A DNA stretch of 61,170 bases from an uncultured Bacilli bacterium (GCA_947627995.1 CANQYE010000001.1:74889-136058), one strand, 5' to 3'. Shown: positions 41,718 through 51,260, counted from the first letter of the stretch. Translations and numbers: made by a program. The notes: generated from the letters alone by a model not told the origin.

Positions 41718-42380
41718 ATGTATAATATAGTGTGTAAAGATTTATTAAGTAAAAATTCAAGTCTTATTATATTACATTTAGAAGATAAATTTTCTAATTT
41801 AGAAAAATTAGATTCTTTTACTATGAATTTTGAAAACAAGGATCAATTAGCTGCTTATCTTTGTTCTAAAAATCCTATTTTAAAACGTACATATATAGAA
41901 TTGTATGTCAAAAAAACTAATAGTTATAAAATAAAAGAAATACTTTATTCAGATATAAAAGCTTATTTTAATTCGGATTTTTATGATTTACTTTTTACAT
42001 ATTGTAATAATTTGGAATTTGTACAAGAATTTATTAAGTTCGCTTATACATTTTATAAAAAAGATTATGCCTTATTAAATCAATTAAAAAATAAATTATA
42101 TGATTTAAAATATAATGGCATAAATGTTTATGATTTAGTACTTGATATAATTAGAAGTTTTGAAAAAAATACTAAGAGTTCTAAAATTCCTTATAATATT
42201 TATCGAAGTATAAACTTATTAATTTATAATTTTGATAAAAAACATGGATTACTCAAAAAAGAAGAAACAAATGATGAAGAAGATATGACAATAAAACAAC
42301 CAGTAAAAAGTCTTACTAAATTTGAAAATTCTGAATTAACAAATGATGGACAAATTATTGGACAAATGAAGTTTTTTTAA
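41718..42380 (+). CDS. Hypothetical protein, paralog B of a tandem pair
   Basis: 220 aa, separated by 2 nt from paralog A. The N-terminal half is co-linear with A, and it has an extra acidic C-terminal tail. Confidence 0.45.
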   Translation: MYNIVCKDLLSKNSSLIILHLEDKFSNLEKLDSFTMNFENKDQLAAYLCSKNPILKRTYIELYVKKTNSYKIKEILYSDIKAYFNSDFYDLLFTYCNNLEFVQEFIKFAYTFYKKDYALLNQLKNKLYDLKYNGINVYDLVLDIIRSFEKNTKSSKIPYNIYRSINLLIYNFDKKHGLLKKEETNDEEDMTIKQPVKSLTKFENSELTNDGQIIGQMKFF

Positions 42381-42418
42381 TAAAAACTTTTTTTATGTTA
42401 TAATTTTATTGTGATATT

Positions 42419-43309
42419 ATGATAAAAACAAAAAATAAATTTTTAAAATATTTACAATTTGAAAGAAACTATTCTGCAAAAACTATATATAATTACAATG
42501 AAGATATAGAAAACTTTAATAATTATTTAACACGAAGAAAATTGAATTATTATTTAGACAAACAAGAAGTTCGTGAATATTTAAAATATTTAAGTAGTTG
42601 TAATTATAGCAGTGCTACTATATCTCGTCATTTAAGTTCTTTAAGAAGTTATTATAATTTTTTGAATATGAAAGAAATTATTGATATAAACCCATTTTAT
42701 AACATAAAAAACCCTAAAAAAGATAAAAAATTACCGATGTTTTTAACATATAAAGATTTAATTATTATGTTAAAAAATACTAATGTATCTAATGATGAAA
42801 ATTTAAACATTCGAAATAATTTTATTTTAGAATTAATATATTCAACTGGTATGCGGGTTAGTGAAGTTACAAATATTAAACTTAATGATATTGATTACAA
42901 TAATAAAACTATTATAGTTCATGGTAAAGGCAATAAAGAAAGAATAGTATATTTTGGAGAAGTGCTTTCTGATATTTTTGCAAAATATTTAAAAGCTAGA
43001 AAATGTATTATAAAAGATAAAAAAAATGATTATTTAATAATAAATAGTAGGGGAGAAAAAATAACTACTAGAGGAATAAGTGAAATAATTAATAAAATTT
43101 TAAAAAAGTCATCTTTAAAAAATAAAATTACACCACATACAATCCGGCATACTTTTGCAACTCATTTATTAAATAATGGTGCTGATCTTAAAACAGTCCA
43201 AGAATTATTAGGGCATTCCTCACTATCAACTACGGGAATTTATACACATGTTTCTAACGAAAGATTAAGAAATGTCTATTTAAAAACGCATCCACGTGGG
43301 AAAGAATAA
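42419..43309 (+). CDS. Tyrosine recombinase, XerC/XerD family
   Basis: SAM-like N-domain (FLKYLQFERNYSAKTIYNY) and RHTFATHLLNNGADLKTVQELLGHSSLSTTGIYTHV catalytic residues. Confidence 0.85.
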   Translation: MIKTKNKFLKYLQFERNYSAKTIYNYNEDIENFNNYLTRRKLNYYLDKQEVREYLKYLSSCNYSSATISRHLSSLRSYYNFLNMKEIIDINPFYNIKNPKKDKKLPMFLTYKDLIIMLKNTNVSNDENLNIRNNFILELIYSTGMRVSEVTNIKLNDIDYNNKTIIVHGKGNKERIVYFGEVLSDIFAKYLKARKCIIKDKKNDYLIINSRGEKITTRGISEIINKILKKSSLKNKITPHTIRHTFATHLLNNGADLKTVQELLGHSSLSTTGIYTHVSNERLRNVYLKTHPRGKE

Positions 43310-43402
43310 TATGTTAAATTGATGTAAAAAAAATTATAAAAGATTATTATTTTTAAATATTTTTTGATATAATATTTAGGTAATGTTTAAGGAGGAAAGA
43401 AA

Positions 43403-46045
43403 ATGGAAAAATATGTTTATCTTTTTAGCGAAGGTAATGCAGAAATGCGTAATTTGCTTGGTGGTAAGGGTGCTAATTTAGCAGAAATGACTAATTTAGG
43501 ACTTCCAATACCACAAGGTTTTACCGTAACTACAGAAGCTTGTACAAAATATTATGAAGATGGTAAAAATATTAATGAAGAAATTCAAAAGCAAATTTTT
43601 GAAGCTTTAAAAGAAATTGAAAAAATTCAAGGTAAAAAATTTGGTGATGTTAATGATCCATTACTTGTATCAGTAAGAAGTGGAGCAAGAGCATCTATGC
43701 CTGGAATGATGGATACAATTTTAAATTTAGGATTAAATGATGAAGCTGTTGAAGGCTTTGCAAAGAAAACTGGAAATGAAAGATTTGCCTATGATTCATA
43801 TCGTAGATTTATTCAAATGTATTCTGATGTTGTAATGGAGGTGCCAAAATCTTATTTTGAAAAAATAATTGATGAAGTTAAGGCAGAAAAGGGAGTTAAA
43901 TTTGATACTGAATTGACAGTTGAAGATTTAAAAGAACTTGTTTCAAGATTTAAACAAGTTTATAAAGATTCAATGAATGGAGAAGAATTCCCACAAGAAC
44001 CTAACGAACAATTAATGGGAGCAGTAAAAGCTGTATTTAGATCTTGGGATAATCCAAGAGCAATAGTTTATCGTCGTATGAATGATATTCCAGGTGACTG
44101 GGGAACAGCTGTAAATGTTCAATCAATGGTATTTGGTAATATGGGTGAAACATCTGGAACAGGTGTTGCATTTACTCGTAACCCTTCTACTGGAGAAAAA
44201 GGTATTTATGGCGAATATTTAATTAATGCTCAAGGTGAGGATGTAGTTGCTGGAGTTCGAACTCCTCAACCTATATCTAAATTAGAAGAAGATTTACCTG
44301 AATGTTATAAAGAATTTATGGAACTTGCTCATAAACTTGAAAATCATTATCGTGATATGCAAGATATGGAATTTACTATTCAAGAAGGAAAATTATATTT
44401 CTTGCAAACTAGAAATGGTAAAAGAACTGCTCAAGCAGCTATTCAAATTGCTTGTGACTTAGTAGATGAAGGAATGATTACTCCTGAAGAGGCAGTACTC
44501 AGAATAGAAGCTAAGTCTTTAGATCAATTATTACATCCAACATTTAATAAGGAAGCACTAAAAACTGGAAAAGTGATAGGGGAAGCTCTTCCTGCAAGTC
44601 CTGGCGCAGCTGCTGGTAAAGTTGTATTTACTGCTGATGATGCAAAAGAAAAAGGAATTGGTGGTAAAGGAGAAAGAGTTATTTTAGTTCGTCTAGAAAC
44701 TACTCCAGAAGATATTGAAGGTATGATTGCTGCTCAAGGTATTTTAACTGTTCGTGGTGGTATGACATCACATGCAGCAGTAGTTGCACGTGGTATGGGT
44801 ACTTGTTGTGTTTCTGGCTGTGGAGAAATTAAAATAAATGAAGAAAATAAAACATTTGAATTAGATGGAAAAACTTTCCATGAAGGCGATTATATTTCTT
44901 TGGATGGTTCAACTGGTAAAATATATGATGGAGATATTAAAACAGAGGAAGCAACTGTTTCAGGAAACTTTGGTCGTATTATGGCATGGGCTGACGAATT
45001 TAGAACATTAATTGTAAGAACTAATGCTGATAATCCAAGAGATACAAAAAATGCTGTAAATCTTGGTGCTGAAGGTATAGGACTTTGTCGTACAGAACAC
45101 ATGTTCTTTGAAGAAGATAGAATTCCAAAAATTAGAAAAATGATTTTATCTGAAACAATAGAAGAAAGAGAAGCAGCTTTAAATGAATTAATTCCATATC
45201 AAAAAAGTGATTTTAAAGCTATGTATAAAGAACTTAAAGGGCTTCCAATGACAGTACGTTATTTAGACCCACCTTTACATGAATTTTTACCAACAGATGA
45301 AGAAGATATTAAAGAACTTGCCAAAGATATGAATGTTACTATAGAGCATTTAAAAGCTAAATGTGCTGAACTTCATGAATTTAATCCAATGATGGGACAT
45401 AGAGGTTGTAGACTTGCAGTTACTTACCCAGAAATTGCAAAAATGCAAACAAGAGCTTTAATAGAAGCTGCTATTGAAGTAAAAGAAGAAGATGGATATG
45501 ATATTATTCCAGAAATTATGATTCCTCTTGTTGGTGAGAAAAAAGAATTAAAATTTGTTAAAGATATTGTAGTTGAAACTGCTGAAAAAGTTAAAAAAGA
45601 AAAAGGATCAGATATTGAATATCATATTGGTACTATGATTGAAATCCCAAGAGCAGCTTTAACTGCTGATGAAATTGCTGAAGAAGCTGAATTCTTCTCA
45701 TTTGGAACAAATGATTTAACACAAATGACATTTGGTTTTTCAAGAGATGATGCTGGTAAATTTTTAGATTCATATTATCAAAATAAAATATATGAGTCAG
45801 ATCCATTTGCAAAACTTGATCAAAATGGTGTTGGCAAGCTTGTCAAAATGGCAGTAGAAAAAGGAAAAAATACGCGTCCAAATATAAAATTAGGCATTTG
45901 TGGTGAACATGGTGGTGATCCAGCATCTGTAGAATTCTGTCATAATGTTGGACTTAATTATGTTTCTTGTTCTCCATTTAGAGTACCGATTGCAAGACTT
46001 GCTGCAGCTCAAGCTGCAATCAAATCAGGCAGTCAAAAGAAGTAA
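43403..46045 (+). CDS. ppdK: Pyruvate, phosphate dikinase
   Basis: 880 aa. GGKGANLAEM, the GGMTSHAAVVARGMG phospho-His motif, and a PEP-utilising C-terminus. Confidence 0.97.
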   Translation: MEKYVYLFSEGNAEMRNLLGGKGANLAEMTNLGLPIPQGFTVTTEACTKYYEDGKNINEEIQKQIFEALKEIEKIQGKKFGDVNDPLLVSVRSGARASMPGMMDTILNLGLNDEAVEGFAKKTGNERFAYDSYRRFIQMYSDVVMEVPKSYFEKIIDEVKAEKGVKFDTELTVEDLKELVSRFKQVYKDSMNGEEFPQEPNEQLMGAVKAVFRSWDNPRAIVYRRMNDIPGDWGTAVNVQSMVFGNMGETSGTGVAFTRNPSTGEKGIYGEYLINAQGEDVVAGVRTPQPISKLEEDLPECYKEFMELAHKLENHYRDMQDMEFTIQEGKLYFLQTRNGKRTAQAAIQIACDLVDEGMITPEEAVLRIEAKSLDQLLHPTFNKEALKTGKVIGEALPASPGAAAGKVVFTADDAKEKGIGGKGERVILVRLETTPEDIEGMIAAQGILTVRGGMTSHAAVVARGMGTCCVSGCGEIKINEENKTFELDGKTFHEGDYISLDGSTGKIYDGDIKTEEATVSGNFGRIMAWADEFRTLIVRTNADNPRDTKNAVNLGAEGIGLCRTEHMFFEEDRIPKIRKMILSETIEEREAALNELIPYQKSDFKAMYKELKGLPMTVRYLDPPLHEFLPTDEEDIKELAKDMNVTIEHLKAKCAELHEFNPMMGHRGCRLAVTYPEIAKMQTRALIEAAIEVKEEDGYDIIPEIMIPLVGEKKELKFVKDIVVETAEKVKKEKGSDIEYHIGTMIEIPRAALTADEIAEEAEFFSFGTNDLTQMTFGFSRDDAGKFLDSYYQNKIYESDPFAKLDQNGVGKLVKMAVEKGKNTRPNIKLGICGEHGGDPASVEFCHNVGLNYVSCSPFRVPIARLAAAQAAIKSGSQKK

Positions 46046-46176
46046 AAAGTATTGATATCTTTTTAACCCGTATAGTTATTACAAAAGACGATATTTTAAG
46101 GTATTTAGAAAAAATACCAGAGATAATCCGATATGGTAAGAAAGATCCAATATTTGTCGATATCTATATATAAATT

Positions 46177-46219
46177 AAGACTAAGATGACTTAATAAGTC
46201 GCAAATCTTAGTCTTTTTT
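46177..46219 (+). terminator. Strong hairpin plus T-run, 130 nt downstream of ppdK
   Basis: AAGACTAAGAT ... ATCTTAGTCTT, a perfect 11-bp stem with an inner GACTTA/TAAGTC pairing, followed by TTTT. Confidence 0.65.
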
Positions 46220-46253
46220 GTTGATGTGCGACAGAGAATTGGAGGAATAAAAA

Positions 46254-46730
46254 ATGCGATTATTATATTTAAAACCTGAATTAAAAGATTTATCACAAGG
46301 ATCAAGAATTGCTTTTGTAAGACAGTTTAGAAGATTAACACAAGATTATATTGCTGGTGAACTAGGATTAAGTCATGATAATAAAAGAAGAATTATGACT
46401 AGATATGAAAAAGGTAATAGATGTCCTAAAGATGATAGAACATTAGAATTATCAAAAATATTAAATGTAAGTTTTAATGCAATAAAAAAATATGATTTTA
46501 ATAAACCTATAGACTTGATTTATATGTTTATGTGGCTAGAAGAACTTATACCTAATTATCAAATTGATTTATCAATAACTCCTAATATAAAAAATGAATA
46601 TTTTCCTATTTATCAAAAATTTATGGATGAATGGAATGTTATGAGAAGAAAAAGAAAATATAGAGAGATATCATATGATGAATATTTAGAATGGAAATTT
46701 AAATATGAGTTAGGTGATGATAAATTATGA
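46254..46730 (+). CDS. XRE-family helix-turn-helix regulator (mobile-element type)
   Basis: IAFVRQFRRLTQDYIAGELGLSHDNKRRIMTRYEKGNRCP...LSKILNVSFNAI HTH pattern. GGAGGA SD upstream. Confidence 0.65.
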   Translation: MRLLYLKPELKDLSQGSRIAFVRQFRRLTQDYIAGELGLSHDNKRRIMTRYEKGNRCPKDDRTLELSKILNVSFNAIKKYDFNKPIDLIYMFMWLEELIPNYQIDLSITPNIKNEYFPIYQKFMDEWNVMRRKRKYREISYDEYLEWKFKYELGDDKL

Positions 46731-46795
46731 ATGAATACAAAACTGTAAAATTAAGTGAAATAGATTCATTTAAAAATCATCCCTTGAGAAGATAA
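46727..46795 (+). pseudogene. ParB-like N-terminal stub (22 codons), truncated
   Basis: MNEYKTVKLSEIDSFKNHPLRR-stop. The (I/L)SEIxxFxNHP(F) motif is the usual start of ICE ParB/Srx-domain proteins. ATGA overlap with the XRE gene. Confidence 0.4.
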
Positions 46796-46806
46796 AATAG
46801 TTTTAG

Positions 46807-47988
46807 GATTATATAAATCAAAAAAAATATGGTTCAAAATCAAAAGACGCTTTAGTAAGCATTTTAAGCGCAAGTGATAATACGTATAAATCTATTACAG
46901 CAGTATTTGGACAAAAGATGAATATATTTGATGATGTTAATGTTGCTAATGTTACATCAACATCTGATTTTAAATTTAATGATTTAGGTAAAGAACCAAC
47001 TGCAATATATATGATAGTACCAGATGAGGATAAAACTTATTTTACTTTAGTTACTATTATAGTAGGACTTCTTTATAGAGATTTAGTTAAACTTGCTAAT
47101 TCAAATGAAGAAAAGAAACTCCCATATGAAATTGATTTTATATTAGATGAGTTTGCAAACTGTCCACCTCTTGCAGACATTGAAGCAATAGTATCTGTTG
47201 CAAGAAGTAGGGGCATGCACTTCCATTTTTTTATTCAATCTTTTTCTCAACTTGATAATGTCTATGGTAAAGATGTAGCACAAATTATTCTAGATAACTG
47301 TGGTCTTACATATTTAAAGACAAATACGCAAGAAACTGCCGAAGCTATTTCCAAAAGATTAGGTAAGAAAACTATCGAATCAAATAGTGTAAGACAGTCA
47401 ATGTCATTAATGAATTATAATGGTGATAGATCAACAAATCTTATAGGAAGAGATTTAATGACCCCGGAAGAAGTAAAACAATTACATTATAAGACAATTA
47501 TATTTCCGATTATTGGATTTCCAATATTTAGAGATACTATAATGTATAATAAATTTTCTTGCTATAAACCTGGAATGATAGAAAGAATACCTAAGCCACT
47601 GAAAGATTTATTTTATACTTATTTTGTTGTTGAAGATATTAAACATAAAATAAAAACAAGAAAATCAATACAAAATGATGAAAAAGAAATATATGAGCAA
47701 ATGGAACTTGCTGATAAAGAAAATTTAAAACCTTTAGAAGAAGTTATAGAAAAAATATTTAAAGAGGACTTTGATATAAAATATAATAGAACATTAAATA
47801 ATAGATGTTACTTATCAGTAACTATTAAAGACAATATTAATCAGAGACAAAAATTATTAATTAAATCTAAAATTAGAGAGGAACAATATCATGTAGAAAT
47901 AATTGAAAAAAAAGATAAGACAATCATAAATATACATAATGAAAATCCAAATTTAAATTTATTACAAAATATAAATAACGAAAGGTAG
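46807..47988 (+). pseudogene. VirD4/TraG-family type IV coupling protein, C-terminal fragment
   Basis: EIDFILDEFANCPP (Walker B-like), RSRGMHFHFFIQSFSQLDNVYG and LGKKTIES are typical of T4CP. No Walker A, N-terminal TM region or plausible start is present. The frame is open from 46807. Confidence 0.6.
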
Positions 47989-48010
47989 CCAGAAATGGCT
48001 ACCTTTTTTT
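47984..48010 (+). terminator. Rho-independent terminator after the T4CP fragment
   Basis: GGTAGCC-AGAAAT-GGCTACC hairpin followed by T7. Confidence 0.75.
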
Positions 48011-48085
48011 CTTGCCAAAAATGGATGTATATTTTAAACTAAGTATAGAATCAATCTATTTTGCCAGTAATAACTTTACGTATAT

Positions 48086-48114
48086 TTGACAAAATAACGT
48101 TTTTGTGCTATTAT
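48086..48114 (+). promoter_or_regulatory. Near-consensus sigma-A promoter upstream of the ANL ligase gene
   Basis: TTGACA, a 17-nt spacer, then TGcTATTAT. This leaves a leader of roughly 100 nt before the start codon. Confidence 0.65.
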
Positions 48115-48212
48115 ATACAGCCAAACAAAGGGATTGGTTTGATTGTGAGGGGTTAGTCTGAAAAATAATCTTTTCATGACTATGTGTGCCTTGAACGAAG
48201 TGAAAGGAATGT

Positions 48213-49943
48213 GTGGTTTATATGAAAAATATTAATGAAACCAAATATAATTATATGCTTGAACAAAACAAAGATTATATGGATTTAACAGCTTTGTCTT
48301 TTGGTGATAGAAAAATAACTTATGAAGAAATGCATGATAGAATTGAAAAATATGTTAGATTATTATATTCAAAAGGAGTAAGACAAGGAGATGTTATAGG
48401 TATTTGTGCATACAATACTCCAGAATCTGTATATTTACTTTATGCTTTAGATGTCATTGGTGCTATAGTTGTTGGTTATAGTCCGTTTGATAATAAAGAA
48501 AAAACGAAATTAGATATAGAAATGACTAAACCTAAAATGGTTATTAGTGTTGATATGTGTTATAAAAATTTTAAAGATTGGGAAAAAGCATTAAACTTTT
48601 CTACTATCTTATATTCACCAGTCGATTCATTAGATGATATGAAGATAAAAGCCGGATATAAATTATTACAATTAAAAAATGGTAACTTTAAATTATCTAA
48701 AGATAGTAATTTAAAATCATTATTAAAGAAAAACTATAGTGATGTTGATTATGTAAAAGCTCCATTTGAACAAGATGGATTAAGAGATATTTTATTTACA
48801 GGTGGATCAACAGGAGTTCATAAGGGTGTTGAATTATCAGATAATGGATTAAATTCAGTAGTTGAGGGAATGAATTCTATATTCCCAGCTGAACCTGGAA
48901 TGATCCATTTAGGAAATATTCCATTCGGACATATGGCATATGGTCGTTCAATATTACACTATGCTTTATGTAATAATATGGAATATGCTTTAACACTTAA
49001 AGCAATGCCAAGTGATCTATATGATGAAATTGTTAGAACACATGCAAATGCTGCTGTTGGTGGGCCTCCGCATTGGGTTTCCTTAATAGAACAACAAGGT
49101 GATAAATTTGTTCCAAGCAGTAGATTAAAACCAGGATCACTTAGTGAATTACATTATGCTACTTCTGGTGGTGAAGCTAAAAAAGCTACTACTGAAAATG
49201 CTATTAATGAAGCATTAAAGTATTGTGGTAGTGATGCTAAATTAGGTGATGGATTAGGTGCTACTGAAACATGGGCTTCAATGATGATTAATAATGGTAA
49301 AATTCATCATAGAGGCACAGTAGGTGAACCTATATCTACATTAGATGTTAAATTAGTTGATCCAGACACTGGTAAAGAAGCAAAAGATGGAGAAAAAGGA
49401 TTACTTTATGTATCTGGTCCATCTGTCATGTTAGGATATCATAATAATCCAGAGGAAACTGCAAAAGTAATTTCTTATGATGAAAACGGAAAAAGATGGA
49501 TTAATATTGGCGACTTATTAATGAAAACACCTGATGGTGAATATAAATATGTTGGTAGACAAAAAAGAAATTTCGTTTCAGGTTGTGATAACATCTATCC
49601 AGAAGAATTAGAAAGTTTATTATTAACAATACCTGAAATCAGAGAAGTAGTTGTTACACCAATATCTGATGAAATGGTTCAGTATATTCCAAGATATCAT
49701 ATATCTTTATATGATACAAACATTGATTATAAAGAATTAGAAGAAAAAATAAATATATTAGTTATGTCAAAATTAAATGAAAACTGGTTACCAGGATCAA
49801 TTGCATATTACGATAAACCACTTGAAAGAATGCAAAATTCAAAAGTTAATATTTCATATTATAAAGAATTAGATCAAAAAGCTTTAGAAAATAATGAAAT
49901 AGACAATACAAGTGCAAAACAATTAAGATTAAAGAAAATTTAA
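48213..49943 (+). CDS. ANL-superfamily adenylate-forming enzyme (acyl/aryl-CoA ligase or amide-forming ligase)
   Basis: LFTGGSTGVHKGVELS (variant AMP-binding motif), GDGLGATE, SGPSVMLGYHNNPEET and INIGDLL...YVGRQKRNF. The ATG at 48222 is an alternative start. Confidence 0.8.
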   Translation: MVYMKNINETKYNYMLEQNKDYMDLTALSFGDRKITYEEMHDRIEKYVRLLYSKGVRQGDVIGICAYNTPESVYLLYALDVIGAIVVGYSPFDNKEKTKLDIEMTKPKMVISVDMCYKNFKDWEKALNFSTILYSPVDSLDDMKIKAGYKLLQLKNGNFKLSKDSNLKSLLKKNYSDVDYVKAPFEQDGLRDILFTGGSTGVHKGVELSDNGLNSVVEGMNSIFPAEPGMIHLGNIPFGHMAYGRSILHYALCNNMEYALTLKAMPSDLYDEIVRTHANAAVGGPPHWVSLIEQQGDKFVPSSRLKPGSLSELHYATSGGEAKKATTENAINEALKYCGSDAKLGDGLGATETWASMMINNGKIHHRGTVGEPISTLDVKLVDPDTGKEAKDGEKGLLYVSGPSVMLGYHNNPEETAKVISYDENGKRWINIGDLLMKTPDGEYKYVGRQKRNFVSGCDNIYPEELESLLLTIPEIREVVVTPISDEMVQYIPRYHISLYDTNIDYKELEEKINILVMSKLNENWLPGSIAYYDKPLERMQNSKVNISYYKELDQKALENNEIDNTSAKQLRLKKI

Positions 49944-49947
49944 TTTA

Positions 49948-49975
49948 TTGACTTTTAAAAAAAGAATGTTATTAT
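49948..49975 (+). promoter_or_regulatory. Sigma-A-type promoter upstream of the ackA-like gene
   Basis: TTGACT, a 16-nt spacer, then TGtTATTAT. Confidence 0.55.
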
Positions 49976-50000
49976 ATGAAGTACTCAAAGGAGGATTATT

Positions 50001-51242
50001 ATGAGTGAAAAATATTTAATAATTAATGCAGGTAGCTCATCTTTGAAATTTTCATTATATAATATGCCTGAGACTATTGAAATAGTCAATGGATACATTG
50101 AAAAAATTGGAAATACAGATAGTTTTTATACATTAAAGTATGCTGGTAATAAGGTAGAAAAAAAGCAAGTTATTATGAATCATACTGATGCTGTGCAAAC
50201 AATGCTAAAAGAATTATTGGATAATAATTTTATTCAAGATGTTTCTGATATAAAAGGTATTGGCCACCGTGTTTTACATGGAGGAGAATATTATTCTGAA
50301 TCAGTTTTAATTGATGATATTGTTTTAGACAATATTAAGTCATTAACAAAGCTTGGACCACTACATCATCCTGGAGAAATTGCAGGTATTGAAAGTATGA
50401 AAAGCGTAATGCCAGATGTTCCACAAGTAGCTGTTTTTGATACAGCATTTCATCAAACAATGCCTAAAGAAAATTATATGTATGCTGTTCCATATGAATG
50501 GTATGAAGAAAACGGTGTAAGAAAATATGGATTCCATGGTACAAGTCATAAGTATATTACTGAAACAATGCAAAAACAACTAGGAAAAAAAGATGTGAAT
50601 TTAATAATTTGCCATGTCGGAAGTGGCGCAAGTATGTGTTGCGTTAAAAACGGAAAATGCTTTAATACAACAATGGGATTAACTCCTCTTGATGGATTAG
50701 TTATGGGTACTAGATGTGGAACAATAGATAGTTCAATAATTGAATATATATGTAAAGAAAGAAATATGTCTGTTGAGGATGTTAACACAGTATTAAATAA
50801 ACAAAGTGGATTGCTTGGAATAGCAGGTAAAAATGATTTTAGAGATTTAGAAGAATTAGCTAATAGTGGTGACGAAAAAGCTAAATTAGCCATAAAAATG
50901 TTGCAAAATTCTATTACAAAATTCATAGCACAATACTATGTTGAATTAAATGGCATAGTAGATGCTATTGTGTTTACAGCAGGTATTGGTGAAAATGGAA
51001 TCTCTTTAAGAGCAAATGTAGTAAATTCATTATCAAATACATTAAGCATTAAATTAGATGAAAATACTAATAATAAAATTGCAAAATTTAAAGAAAATCA
51101 ATCAGGTGTAATTTCAACACCAGATTCAAAAATTGGAGTATATGTTATTCCGACAGATGAAGAATATATGATTTTAAAAGATACTTATGAGATAAGTAAA
51201 ATTACTAAAGAAAAAAATCCTGTGAAAGTTTTGACTAAATAA
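50001..51242 (+). CDS. ackA: Acetate/propionate kinase family protein
   Basis: LIINAGSSSLKFSLY, GFHGTSHKY and TAGIGEN motifs. 413 aa, AGGAGG SD. Confidence 0.88.
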   Translation: MSEKYLIINAGSSSLKFSLYNMPETIEIVNGYIEKIGNTDSFYTLKYAGNKVEKKQVIMNHTDAVQTMLKELLDNNFIQDVSDIKGIGHRVLHGGEYYSESVLIDDIVLDNIKSLTKLGPLHHPGEIAGIESMKSVMPDVPQVAVFDTAFHQTMPKENYMYAVPYEWYEENGVRKYGFHGTSHKYITETMQKQLGKKDVNLIICHVGSGASMCCVKNGKCFNTTMGLTPLDGLVMGTRCGTIDSSIIEYICKERNMSVEDVNTVLNKQSGLLGIAGKNDFRDLEELANSGDEKAKLAIKMLQNSITKFIAQYYVELNGIVDAIVFTAGIGENGISLRANVVNSLSNTLSIKLDENTNNKIAKFKENQSGVISTPDSKIGVYVIPTDEEYMILKDTYEISKITKEKNPVKVLTK

Positions 51243-51260
51243 TAAATAAGGAAATATAAT

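Larger units (their letters stand above)
46046..48010. mobile_element. Decayed remnant of a conjugative (ICE-like) element
   Basis: An XRE regulator, a 22-codon ParB-like N-terminal stub, and a VirD4/TraG coupling-protein C-terminal half lacking its N-terminus. No integrase, relaxase or other T4SS genes are present. Confidence 0.55.

Noticed and set aside
42419-43309. The tyrosine recombinase as the integrase of the downstream island.
   Set aside because: It has the typical XerC/XerD N-terminal and catalytic motifs and length. It is also separated from the element remnant by the core gene ppdK, so a chromosome-dimer-resolution role is more likely.
48115-48212. Known riboswitch (for example preQ1, purine or PRPP) in the leader of the ANL ligase gene.
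   Set aside because: I could not recognise any consensus core of these classes by eye. Only 4-5-bp hairpins are apparent. It is kept only as a low-confidence 'long leader' note within a finding.
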